A DNA stretch of 64,000 bases. Origin: Myxococcota bacterium. Its GTDB lineage: Bacteria > Myxococcota_A > UBA9160 > SZUA-336. The position numbers were made by a program, and so were the translations under genes. The DNA lies in NCBI GenBank assembly GCA_965247115.1, contig CBDFGR010000003.1:864001-928000 (forward strand). Reading direction: 5' to 3'. This document shows, one piece after another, positions 49,759-58,700 of the stretch (position 1 is the stretch's first letter; each line of letters opens with the position of its first letter). The notes below the pieces were generated by a model. The model did no database searches, was not told the DNA's origin, and saw only the letters and a list, made by a program, of their open reading frames with translations.

Positions 49759-50282
49759 TCTCCCTCCTCTTCCGAGCGCACCTCGACCTCCACCCTACCG
49801 GAGGCGCGGAACTTTCCCGTCTGGAGATCGAAGTAGATCCGGTCCGCACGGATGGTGTCCTCGCCGCGGCGCAGACGTGACTTGCCACCCTCGGTCGTGC
49901 ACTCCGCGGTCTGCTTCACGTTGTCGAAGATCGCCTCGGTGCAGATCGCCTCCCGTCCCGTCTGGAGGATCCGGACCGAGCCCCGCGCCGTAATCCTGTC
50001 CGCCTGGCCGCCGGCGGTTTCCGGATATATGGCCTCGAGCCAGTCGCAGAACACCTCAAGCTCGCCCTGCTCCACATGCACGTTCTGCGTGAAGATGATC
50101 CGTTCCGCTCCGCTCTCGTCACGCAGCGCCTCGAGCTCGTCCGAGGTGATCTTCATGGGAGCACCGCTATCTAGCTGGACGCCGAGACGCTCGATGCCTG
50201 CAGTCGCAGCCTTCTCGTCCGCGAGCACACTCGATGGCAGCGCAAGGCAGAGCAGCAGTGAGGCAACGCGTGCTGCGCTCAT
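49755..50282 (-). CDS. lptA: LPS transport periplasmic protein LptA/OstA-like
   Basis: Signal peptide, beta-jellyroll-like pattern, position upstream of lptB. Confidence 0.8.
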   Translation of the reverse strand: MSAARVASLLLCLALPSSVLADEKAATAGIERLGVQLDSGAPMKITSDELEALRDESGAERIIFTQNVHVEQGELEVFCDWLEAIYPETAGGQADRITARGSVRILQTGREAICTEAIFDNVKQTAECTTEGGKSRLRRGEDTIRADRIYFDLQTGKFRASGRVEVEVRSEEEGE

Positions 50283-50905
50283 CTCTGCTCTGCCGTACGA
50301 GCTGGGTCCCCTGCACCGACGAGGGCCTCCACCTTGCCCGTCAGGACTATGCGGCGGTCTTCCAGGTCGAACTCCATCCCGTCTGCGTAGAGCTGCATGT
50401 TCGAGCGATCGAGGCGGACGGGATCCACCGCCCGGAGCGACTTTCCGTCGCGCCGGTACTCCAGCGTGGCGGTCAAGAACCGATCGCCGAGCGCGGTGCG
50501 GCCCTCGACGCCTCCGCTCAAGAAAAAGTCCTCGGTGTCGAGGTCGAGCGTCCCCCGCTCGGCCTGGATCTCGACCCGCCCACGCCGCTCATCGCTGAAG
50601 CCGATGTTCACGCCACGGAGCACGGCGACCCGCTCTTCCGTGTCGATCCGCGCCTCGGCTGCGCGCACTTCGGCGTCTCGGATGCCGCCGCTGAAGCCCT
50701 CGAAGATGACGCCGCGGAGCTCCGCGGGGGGGAGCCCGGCCGGCACGCCGACACGCGAGGCCCCCAGCTCCTCGATCCCGCAGCCCGCCAGAAGGGCGCA
50801 CAGGACCGCAAGATTTCCGAGACGGATCGGGGAGATAGGCAGAGCGTACGTCCTTTCTCGACAGCTACTCGGCCGCTGATCCGTGCCGGGCCCGCTCGGT
50901 GGCAA
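50279..50905 (-). CDS. lptC: LPS export protein LptC-like
   Basis: Beta-rich domain after a hydrophobic segment/lipobox LAGC; synteny with lptA-lptB; start uncertain. Confidence 0.65.
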   Translation of the reverse strand: MPPSGPGTDQRPSSCRERTYALPISPIRLGNLAVLCALLAGCGIEELGASRVGVPAGLPPAELRGVIFEGFSGGIRDAEVRAAEARIDTEERVAVLRGVNIGFSDERRGRVEIQAERGTLDLDTEDFFLSGGVEGRTALGDRFLTATLEYRRDGKSLRAVDPVRLDRSNMQLYADGMEFDLEDRRIVLTGKVEALVGAGDPARTAEQR

Positions 50906-50966
50906 GAAACATACCGCTGGTCAAAACCTACCCGCAACCTGGACCCGCGAGTGGACCAGAGCTAGC

Positions 50967-51251
50967 TCAATCTTCCGCGCCCGTAGCGGCCTGCGGCGGC
51001 TCTGGGGCCTGCGACGACTGCGGGGGGAGCGGCTTGAAGCCGAACAACGCCCGCAGGGCTTCCGTCTGCCCGAGCGACCAGGCAGGTCTGAAGATCAGCC
51101 GGTCGAGCGTCACGCCCACCGGGTAGAGGACGTAAGCAATGATCTGGAGTGGGTGGCCGGCGCGGCGCGGGTTGTACTCGTCGGCCCCCGCTGTCGCGGG
51201 TAGGCACGCGATCATCAGAAGCAGGCAGAGAGTCGCGAGTGTTGTCTTCAT
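50967..51251 (-). CDS. Small exported/membrane hypothetical protein
   Basis: Signal peptide then GHPLQIIAYVLYPVGVTLDRLIFRP. Confidence 0.65.
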   Translation of the reverse strand: MKTTLATLCLLLMIACLPATAGADEYNPRRAGHPLQIIAYVLYPVGVTLDRLIFRPAWSLGQTEALRALFGFKPLPPQSSQAPEPPQAATGAED

Positions 51252-51766
51252 CGGGTCTGGGCTCCCTCGCCGGAGTTCTCGTCTACACCCGGCTCTTCGT
51301 ATGAAATCTCGAGGATCGTGAAGGTCCTACGACCGGCGGGGCGCGCTGCCGCCACCTCGTCGCCCTCCTCCTTCCCGATGAGGACGCGTCCCACGGGCGA
51401 TTCGATGCTGATCAGGCCACGAGCGACGTCGGTCTCGTCAGGGCCGACGAGCCGGTAGCGCACCTCCTCGCCTGCTTGATCCAGCAAGCGGACCCAGGCA
51501 CCAAAGTAGACGCGATCCTCCGCCACGTCGCCTGGTTTGACTACGGTGAGCTCGTCGAGGCGCTTTGACAAGAAACGCAGCCGGGCGTCGATCTCGCGCA
51601 GGCGCTTTTTTCCGTAGATGTACTCCGCGTTCTCTGATCGATCTCCGTGCGCGGCAGCGACCTGCACCTCCTTTGTCACCTTGGGTCGCTCGACCTTCCA
51701 GAGCCGGCCGTGCTCCTCGCGGAGCATCTGAAAGCCCTCCGGGGTGATGCAACGGCTCGTCGACAT
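51248..51766 (-). CDS. greB: Transcription elongation factor GreB
   Basis: ITPEG, GDRSENAEYIYGKKRLREID, ISIESPVG. Confidence 0.93.
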   Translation of the reverse strand: MSTSRCITPEGFQMLREEHGRLWKVERPKVTKEVQVAAAHGDRSENAEYIYGKKRLREIDARLRFLSKRLDELTVVKPGDVAEDRVYFGAWVRLLDQAGEEVRYRLVGPDETDVARGLISIESPVGRVLIGKEEGDEVAAARPAGRRTFTILEISYEEPGVDENSGEGAQTR

Positions 51767-51833
51767 GCCGGCACCAAGATGACGCGCTCACCCCGGCTTG
51801 TCACCTGTGGCGGGGCCGTGCCATGCTCGTTCC

Positions 51834-52739
51834 ATGCTTCCCGCGCTCCACGCAGGACTGGCCCTCGTGGTGGTCACCCTCCTCGCTCCATTGCAGACCC
51901 ACGCGCAGGATTTCGACGACGTCGAGATCCGAACGACGCAGCTCGCGGACGGCATCTACATGCTCGAGGGTTCGGGGGGCAACATCGGGGTGAGCGTGGG
52001 GCCAGACGGGGTATTCCTGATCGATGATCAGTATGCCCCGCTCGCGGAGAAGATCCGCGCGGCCGTGGCAGAGCTCGACGACGGGCCGATCCGATTCCTG
52101 CTGAACACTCACGTGCACGGGGATCACGTGGGGGGCAACGAGAACTTTGGCGACGGGGGCACGGTCATCCTCGCGCACAGAAACGTGCGACGACGCATGA
52201 GCGTTGCGCAGTTTGTGGGAAATCTCGACCGCGAGGCGCCCGCGGCGCCAGCAGCGGCCCTCCCCGTTGTCACGTTTGAGGACAGCGTAACGCTTCACTT
52301 CAACGGACAGGCCATCCGCGTCATACACCTCCCGTCGGCCCACACAGACGGCGACTCGATCGTGCACTTCCCCGACTCGGACGTCCTGCACATGGGCGAC
52401 GTGCTGTTCAGCGCGACGTACCCGTTCGTCGACCTCGAGAGCGGTGGATCTGTCGAAGGAGTGATCGCAGCTACGGAGCGCGGGCTCGAGATCGCGGGAG
52501 AGGACACGAAGGTCATCCCGGGCCACGGTCCGTTAATTGGCCGCTCGGAGCTGCAGGCATACCGATCCATGCTCATCACGGTGCGCGACCGTGTGCTGTG
52601 GGCGATCGCCGACGGACAGAGCGTAGATCAGCTGATCGCCTCGAACCCGCTAGAAGACCTGGACCCCACGTGGGCCGGCGGCGAGCCAGCTAGGGCCGAA
52701 CGCACGCTACGAGCCTTCTACGCCGATCTCTCCCAGTAA
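51834..52739 (+). CDS. Exported MBL-fold metallo-hydrolase (cyclase-like)
   Basis: NTHVHGDHVGGN, AHTDGD, HMGD, IPGHG; signal peptide. Confidence 0.88.
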   Translation: MLPALHAGLALVVVTLLAPLQTHAQDFDDVEIRTTQLADGIYMLEGSGGNIGVSVGPDGVFLIDDQYAPLAEKIRAAVAELDDGPIRFLLNTHVHGDHVGGNENFGDGGTVILAHRNVRRRMSVAQFVGNLDREAPAAPAAALPVVTFEDSVTLHFNGQAIRVIHLPSAHTDGDSIVHFPDSDVLHMGDVLFSATYPFVDLESGGSVEGVIAATERGLEIAGEDTKVIPGHGPLIGRSELQAYRSMLITVRDRVLWAIADGQSVDQLIASNPLEDLDPTWAGGEPARAERTLRAFYADLSQ

Positions 52740-52741
52740 GT

Positions 52742-53028
52742 CTTGCGAGACCCGGCCTGCCTTGTGGGTCCCGGCCTGCCTTGTGGGTCCCGGCCTGCCT
52801 TGTGGGTCCCGGCCCGCGGGCGGCCGCGGGCCACCCACCTACGTTCGCCTACGGCTCACTGCGCGCCGCACCTTCGGCGCGGCTTGCGGCAGATCGAACA
52901 GGATGGGCACCTATGCAAGCGTCGCGGAACGCGGCGCGCGCAGCGAAGGCCGGAGGCCTGAGCGAAGGTGGGTGGCGCGCGACCGCTCGCGCGCCGGGTC
53001 CCACGAGGCAGGCGCCGGGTCCCACAAG
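52742..53028. repeat. REPIN/BIME-like inverted doublet (type B forward + type A reverse) with tandemly amplified ends
   Basis: Three exact 19-nt units CCCGGCCTGCCTTGTGGGT at 52751/52770/52789, type B arm to ~52887, ~26-nt spacer, reverse type A arm from ~52914, two CCGGGTCCCAC ends. Confidence 0.85.
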
Positions 53029-53029
53029 A

Positions 53030-53806
53030 CTAACCAGACTTGCGGACCTGGGAGACTACGACGCCGGTGCCGTCCTGCAGGGACTCGAGGGGCGGTAGAT
53101 CCTCGAGCATGGCCTGGAGCATCTGGGTCTGGGCTGCGGTCAGGTTCAAGAAGCGGAGCCCGAGGCCGCGCTCGGGCTCATCGCGGACCGCAGTTGCCTG
53201 GAGGACCAGGGGGTCCTTCAGGCTCCCTCCATAGAGCGCGAGCTCGACTCGATCCCCGATGGCCAGGTCCGAGCTTCCTTCGATCTGGATGCCCGTGAGC
53301 GAGAGATCGCGTCCCAGGACGACCGCCACCTGCTCGCCTCCAAGGGCCCAGAGCTTGCTCCGATACTCCTTGCGGGGATGGGTCCGACGCTCGGAGTCGG
53401 AACCGCGATCCATGACCAGGGTCTCACGGCTCGACGGGTCGTTGTGGGCCGCCATCTCGCGGCCGAGCAGCTGCAGGAAGAAGAGCCGCATCGACTCGGA
53501 ATCGAGCTGCGCATCGACCAGGTAGTGAACGCCGAGATCGCGCAGCTGAGCCCGTAGCGCCCGGCAGTCCTGGTCGGCGACGCAGATCCACGTGGGCTCC
53601 AGCGTCATTCCCTGAGGGTGCTCGAACGCCGGGACCTCCAGCGCCATCCGGAGCGACGTCACGAGCAGATCTCGGGGCAGAGCGACGGCGTTGCCAAGCT
53701 CGCAGCCCTCGAAGTGGGCGAAGTCGGTTCCGAACCCAGCCAGCACGGACCTCGCCTGCCCGAGCTCTCCATCATCAAGCAGCAGGATCGAGGGAGCGGT
53801 GCGCAT
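53030..53806 (-). CDS. PilZ domain protein with degenerate receiver-like N-terminus
   Basis: ERRTHPR (RxxxR) and DLSLTG (DxSxxG) c-di-GMP motifs; N-terminus ILLLDDG. Confidence 0.8.
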   Translation of the reverse strand: MRTAPSILLLDDGELGQARSVLAGFGTDFAHFEGCELGNAVALPRDLLVTSLRMALEVPAFEHPQGMTLEPTWICVADQDCRALRAQLRDLGVHYLVDAQLDSESMRLFFLQLLGREMAAHNDPSSRETLVMDRGSDSERRTHPRKEYRSKLWALGGEQVAVVLGRDLSLTGIQIEGSSDLAIGDRVELALYGGSLKDPLVLQATAVRDEPERGLGLRFLNLTAAQTQMLQAMLEDLPPLESLQDGTGVVVSQVRKSG

Positions 53807-53852
53807 CGCCGTGCCTTTCGGCAAGATGCCTGCTGCGCTGAAGGGAGTGCAC

Positions 53853-55124
53853 ATGGTGGAGCAGATCACGGAGTTTCTGTTCGGACTCGGGCTGCCCGAT
53901 GCTGGCGCAACGGCCATCATGGGGCTCATTCTCGTGTCGGGAGTGCTCGTGCTGAGCTGGGCGGCGAACCGGATCACCCAGGCGCTGCTCCTGCGGGTGG
54001 TCTGGCGCCTGGTCCGCTTGACAAGCACGGACTGGGACGACGCCCTCGTCAGGCGAGACGTTTTCAAGCGGCTTGCCAACCTCGCCCCGGCGATCGTGAT
54101 CTACCTGTTCGCACCAGCGTTCGCAGACTTTGAGAGCTGGGTCGCGCGCCTCGCATTCGTCTACATGATCGCCGCGTCGGTTCGCGTGGCCGAGGCCCTA
54201 CTCGATGCCGGGTCCGACATCTACGTCTCGCACGATCGAGTCCGAGAGGCACCGATCGACAGCTACGTCCAGGTGGCCAAGCTCGCCCTGTACCTGGTTG
54301 GCGCCATCTTCCTGATCGCGACGGTGCTTGAGCGAGAGCCCTGGGGTCTGCTCACGGGTCTCGGCGCCATGGGCGCGGTGCTGTTGCTCGTGTTTCGCGA
54401 CTCGATCCTGGGACTCGTTGCGAGCGTACAGCTCTCGAGCTACGACATGATCCACCTGGGTGATTGGATCGAGATGCCCGCGTACGGAGCGGACGGGGAC
54501 GTCATCGACATCTCGCTGCACACGATCAAGGTGCAGAACTGGGACAAGACCATTTCCACAATCCCGACCCAATCGTTGATCTCGCAGTCGTTCAAGAACT
54601 GGCGTGGGATGGAAGAGTCAGGAGGGCGCCGCATCAAGCGTGCCGTCTACATTGATATGAGCACCATCGAGCTCTGCGACGCGGCGCTGCTCGAGCGCTT
54701 CGAGAACTTCGAGTACCTGAAGTCCTACCTGGCCACAAAGCAGAAGGAGGTCGACGAGTACAACCGAGCGACAGGCGTCGACACGTCGCAGCTGATCAAC
54801 GGCCGTAGGCTGACCAATGTCGGGACCTTTCGTGCGTACATCGAGGAGTACCTGCGGCGGCACCCGAAGATCCACAAGGACATGACCTTTCTGGTCCGGC
54901 AGCTCGCGCCGACCGAGAAGGGGCTGCCTATCGAGATCTACGTGTTCAGCAACGACCAGGCTTGGGCGAACTACGAGGCCCTGCAGGCGGACATCTTCGA
55001 TCACATTCTGGCCATCGTCCCCCAGTTCAACCTGCGCGTCTACCAGAACCCAAGCGCGAACGACCTGCGCTCGGCCGCAGATCTGATCGCGGCCTCCCCG
55101 CCGCGAGAGGCCGTCAACGCATGA
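53853..55124 (+). CDS. Mechanosensitive channel MscS family (YbdG/MscM-like)
   Basis: DSILGLVAS, GDWIEMP.YGADGDV, VQNWDKTI, NWRGMEESGGRRIKR. Confidence 0.93.
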   Translation: MVEQITEFLFGLGLPDAGATAIMGLILVSGVLVLSWAANRITQALLLRVVWRLVRLTSTDWDDALVRRDVFKRLANLAPAIVIYLFAPAFADFESWVARLAFVYMIAASVRVAEALLDAGSDIYVSHDRVREAPIDSYVQVAKLALYLVGAIFLIATVLEREPWGLLTGLGAMGAVLLLVFRDSILGLVASVQLSSYDMIHLGDWIEMPAYGADGDVIDISLHTIKVQNWDKTISTIPTQSLISQSFKNWRGMEESGGRRIKRAVYIDMSTIELCDAALLERFENFEYLKSYLATKQKEVDEYNRATGVDTSQLINGRRLTNVGTFRAYIEEYLRRHPKIHKDMTFLVRQLAPTEKGLPIEIYVFSNDQAWANYEALQADIFDHILAIVPQFNLRVYQNPSANDLRSAADLIAASPPREAVNA

Positions 55125-55531
55125 ACACCGACGCCGAGATCCGAGAGGTCCTGACCAAGAGCCGCGTGGTGGCCGTCGTCGGTGCCAGCCCGCGCCCCGA
55201 GCGGGATAGCCACGACGTCATGCGCTACCTGCAACGGCGCGGCTACCACACGATCCCCGTCAACCCTAACGCCGCCGGCGAGACCATCCTCGGCGAGAGC
55301 GTCTACGCGAGCCTGACCGACATCCCCATCGCCATCGACCTCGTGGACATCTTCCGAAACCCCGACGCCGCTGCGGACGTCGTCGATCAGGCCATCGCAC
55401 TCCACGCAAAGGCCGTCTGGATGCAGCTCGGAGTGATCAACCCGCCCGCCGCGGAGCGAGCAGAGTCCGCAGGCCTCACCGTCATCATGAACCGCTGCCC
55501 CAAGATCGAGATCCCCCGCCTCGGCCTCTAG
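55121..55531 (+). CDS. CoA-binding protein (YccU-like)
   Basis: VAVVGAS, PVNP, DLVDIFR, VWMQLGV, MNRCPKIE. Confidence 0.92.
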   Translation: MNTDAEIREVLTKSRVVAVVGASPRPERDSHDVMRYLQRRGYHTIPVNPNAAGETILGESVYASLTDIPIAIDLVDIFRNPDAAADVVDQAIALHAKAVWMQLGVINPPAAERAESAGLTVIMNRCPKIEIPRLGL

Positions 55532-55777
55532 TCGAAGCAAGCAGCCCACCCGGATCGTCGCGTCCGTGTGTACAGACCCCGGCTTCTCGCTGAAGCGGGC
55601 GCTGACGAACGCAGCGGAAATGGCCAGATTTCGGACGAAGGTGGTGATGGGGTCCACATACCAGACGGTCGAGTGACCTGCCCTGCAATCTCGCTGCGAC
55701 GAGGAGACAGGCCACAGAACGCGGCCATTGGGCCCAGCTCGTCCAGTCTCAGCCAACACCCATCAACTCAAGTCAGC

Positions 55778-56464
55778 TCAAGGAGAGGCGCGCGCCCCTC
55801 CGGGTACATCCATGGGATCGAGCAAACCGTGTCGACGCCACCCCGTCCTGAGAAGCCAGGTGTGCGCGGCCGCCACCACCTGTGCGCCAATCCCGCCGTC
55901 ACCTCGCGCCGTGCCCTTCTTCCAGCCATCAAACCAGCGTCCTGAGGACGCAGGATCGATAGTGCCTCCACGGCTCGAACAGCTCGCATGACGCCTGGCG
56001 TTCAGCAGGACGTAGCGAATCGCGTTCCGAACCTCCCGGGGCGTCTTCAGAATTCGCATGTGGTAGCGATCCGCCAGGACGCTTCCGTGCCACGCAAACG
56101 CCCGCTGCGCCGCCCGGACGATCCTCATCGTGACGGACTTCATCCCCCGTCCGAGCGCGTGGCGATCCTTCGCCTCGACGATTAGATGCGCGTGGTTCCC
56201 CAGGAGTGCGTAGTGCACGAGCCGGAATTCACCCCGGTCGCAGCCCCGTGCCAACGTCTCCTCGAACGCTCGCACGAATTCAGCGTTGCGGAGCGAAGGA
56301 ACCCCGCTGCGAATCCGCAGCGTCACGTGACAGGGATAATGCGCGGAGAGCCTCGGTCGACTCCTGTGACGGACGGAGGGATTCGGACCGGGCTTACGCC
56401 CCGCGCCCTCCCTCCGTTCGCGAAGAGCTAGAGAGAGTTGCCGCGTCTTTCTCGTCTTCACCAT
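55778..56464 (-). CDS. HUH/Y1 tyrosine transposase-like nuclease (RAYT/IS200-like), copy 2
   Basis: HVTLR, HAHLIVEA, RNAIRYVLLN; colinear with copy 1 at 8654-9361. Confidence 0.8.
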   Translation of the reverse strand: MVKTRKTRQLSLALRERREGAGRKPGPNPSVRHRSRPRLSAHYPCHVTLRIRSGVPSLRNAEFVRAFEETLARGCDRGEFRLVHYALLGNHAHLIVEAKDRHALGRGMKSVTMRIVRAAQRAFAWHGSVLADRYHMRILKTPREVRNAIRYVLLNARRHASCSSRGGTIDPASSGRWFDGWKKGTARGDGGIGAQVVAAAHTWLLRTGWRRHGLLDPMDVPGGARASP

Positions 56465-56471
56465 TTGGTGT

Positions 56472-56500
56472 ATTATAGGGCTTTCCTATTAAATGAGCAA
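56472..56500 (-). promoter_or_regulatory. Sigma70-type promoter of HUH nuclease copy 2 (TTGCTC-N17-TATAAT)
   Basis: Consensus -10 located 7 nt before the ATG; spacer sequence nearly identical to that of copy 1. Confidence 0.6.
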
Positions 56501-56765
56501 GAGTGGAACTTTGTGATGGAGTTCCTGAGCGGACCGTTGGTCGATGACGGAGCTCTGCAAGCGCTTTCGAGTCATCCGGAAGACCGGCTACGGACGGGAT
56601 CCGGTCGATCTGCTTCAGAGACGTCTTGCTCGGTCGCCACCACGAGGAAGAGCGGAAGGTCTTCTGGTAAGACCAGGCTCCTGCGAGCCCGTGTCTCGGA
56701 GCCAAGGACCATCAAGGGAACAGAGAAGAAGACTACAGAGTGTTCCCCATGTCCGCGGTTGAACA
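56492..56765 (+). pseudogene. Internally deleted IS481-family element relic
   Basis: Frameshifted HTH fragment NFVMEFLSG../SMTELCKRFRVIRKTGY joined to C-terminal ICFRDVLLGRHHEEERKVFW*; ends in IS481-like right end GTGTTCCCCATGTCCGCGGTTGAACA. Confidence 0.65.
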
Positions 56766-57029
56766 AAGGAGTTTGAACCGTGTACGAGCGTCTCCAGTCA
56801 GCCAGAGGACCGGCGACAAGTGGATCCGACCTCTCGATGAGGAGCGCAGAGAGACTCTGAGATCGGGGTGCCCACCGGATCCAGGAGAATGTGGGGATGG
56901 AGGCCCCTTGGGCCCGTGTATTGAAGCCACTCGACCGCTTGAGGGGTCCAGAGAGCGAGCTGTAGGCACCTTCGAGGGGCAAAGGAGCCGCCTACCTCAT
57001 ACGTCGCACTCTCCTCAGAGAGAGGTCGG

Positions 57030-57962
57030 CTAGGCTCGCTGGCCTTCTGACCAGGCTCGGATCAGGTGGTGGGCGATGGCCATGGAGCCGGGAACGCTGA
57101 GGCCGCCGGCGCCGGGCTCGTCCAGGGATTTGATGATCTCGGCTCGGGGGAACCAGTGGGCCTCCTGAAGCTCGGCAGTGTCGACGGTGATCTCGCTCGT
57201 CTCTGCCTCCGCGAGACAGCCGATCATCAGCGAAGACGGGAAGGGCCACGGCTGCGAAGCGTGGTAGCCAACGCGTCCCGCACGAACGCCGGTCTCCTCC
57301 ATGACCTCTCGCCGGACCGCCTCTTCGATGGTCTCCCCCTGATCCACGAAGCCGGCGAGGGCCGAGTACATGCCGGCGGGCCAGCCGGCCTGACGGCCGA
57401 GCAGGCAGGTGTCCCCGTTCGACACAACCATGATCACGACGGGGTCGGTGCGCGGGAAGTGCTCGGCGTCGCACTCGTCGCACTCGCGCACCAGGCCGCC
57501 CTGCCCTGCAGTCGTCTTCGCGCCGCAGACCGCACAGAAGCGGTGGCGCGCGTGCCAGTCGATCTGCGCGCGACCCTGCGCGACGATTGCACACTCCTCT
57601 CCAGACAGCTCTGTGGCCATGGCGCGCACGTCCTCAAAGCGCGCCACACCGGTCAGCCCGAGCACTGCCTCGGGCTTTTCGAGGCCGGAGACGTCAAGCG
57701 CGAAGTGTGCGACGCCATCGCGCAGCCCCAGGAGGACCACCTCGCTGCCGGGCGCGATGTTCTCGCGCATGTCCGAACGTGCCCAGCCCAGCTCCCGAGT
57801 CGCTCCCGTCTTCGCGAGCACCTTGAGTCGCCAGAAGGGCAAGAATCGACTCTCCTCCGCTTCGAGCTGCTCGTTCAGCCAGGTGCGGTCCCGGCGCCGG
57901 GTGCCCGCTCTATCCAGCGGGCTGCCAGAGAAGGCCATGTGTCTGTTCATGCTGTCGCTCAT
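57030..57962 (-). CDS. nudC: NAD(+) diphosphatase / NAD-cap decapping Nudix enzyme
   Basis: FCAVCG..C.EC Zn finger, FPRTDPVVI, Nudix box GFVDQGETIEEAVRREVMEETG, SQPWPFPSS. Confidence 0.95.
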   Translation of the reverse strand: MSDSMNRHMAFSGSPLDRAGTRRRDRTWLNEQLEAEESRFLPFWRLKVLAKTGATRELGWARSDMRENIAPGSEVVLLGLRDGVAHFALDVSGLEKPEAVLGLTGVARFEDVRAMATELSGEECAIVAQGRAQIDWHARHRFCAVCGAKTTAGQGGLVRECDECDAEHFPRTDPVVIMVVSNGDTCLLGRQAGWPAGMYSALAGFVDQGETIEEAVRREVMEETGVRAGRVGYHASQPWPFPSSLMIGCLAEAETSEITVDTAELQEAHWFPRAEIIKSLDEPGAGGLSVPGSMAIAHHLIRAWSEGQRA

Positions 57963-58201
57963 CTCCGCCGGATTGACGCCCAGCTTACCCGAACTCGCCG
58001 GCGCTCGGACTCCGGCGCTGCCGGCGCGCCCCGCTGTCTGGAAGCGTCGACGGTTCGCAGGCTCCGGAGGTCTCGCTGCCGCCGCGTGACCCCAGCAACA
58101 GACACTGGGCTCAGACTCGGGCCCGAGCGGGCCGAAAGAGGCTGCAGGAGTAAAGGGGAGCATTCGCGCGGACAGGCGCGAACGGCACGCCAGGAGGCAA
58201 C

Positions 58202-58588
58202 GTGAGCGAAGACCGGGGTGACCTCGAGCTGCGATTTGAGAAGGCACTGATCGAGGTGCTGCTGCAGGACTACGACCTGGACGTGCGGCACTCCGACGAT
58301 TGTCTGGAGCGACGCCACCAGGGCGTGGCGACCCTGAGCTTTACGTACCGCTACCCACCCGACAGCACCAACGCGACGGCCATCGTCAGCGTCGACGGGG
58401 CCGGGCACTTCTCCAACGTTCTGCCCGTCGACTTCCGCAATCGGAAGGGGATCGAAAGCTCTGCGGAGAACTGCGAGACACTCGTCGAGTTTCTGAGAAG
58501 CCACATCGCGGAGTGTCGCGAGAACGACCTCGATGCCGAGGAGTCTGATCCGCTCAAGTATGGCCGTAGAGATGACGACTTGGCCTAG
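58202..58588 (+). CDS. Acidic hypothetical protein
   Basis: SD AGGAGG before GTG, coding-like codon pattern; no family recognised. Confidence 0.65.
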   Translation: MSEDRGDLELRFEKALIEVLLQDYDLDVRHSDDCLERRHQGVATLSFTYRYPPDSTNATAIVSVDGAGHFSNVLPVDFRNRKGIESSAENCETLVEFLRSHIAECRENDLDAEESDPLKYGRRDDDLA

Positions 58589-58700
58589 ACGCCCCCCCGC
58601 GTGATCAGGGCTCGAACTCGGCAGTGCGCCGACAGGAGTGTCTGATCCGCACCAGGTGTGCCTGATCCGACGCGGGATCAGCGCGAAAAGGAAGGTCACG

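Noticed and set aside
52751..52814. 19-nt tandem repeats as a CRISPR array
   Set aside because: Units are contiguous with no spacers and no cas genes are present; they are amplified ends of the REP-like element.
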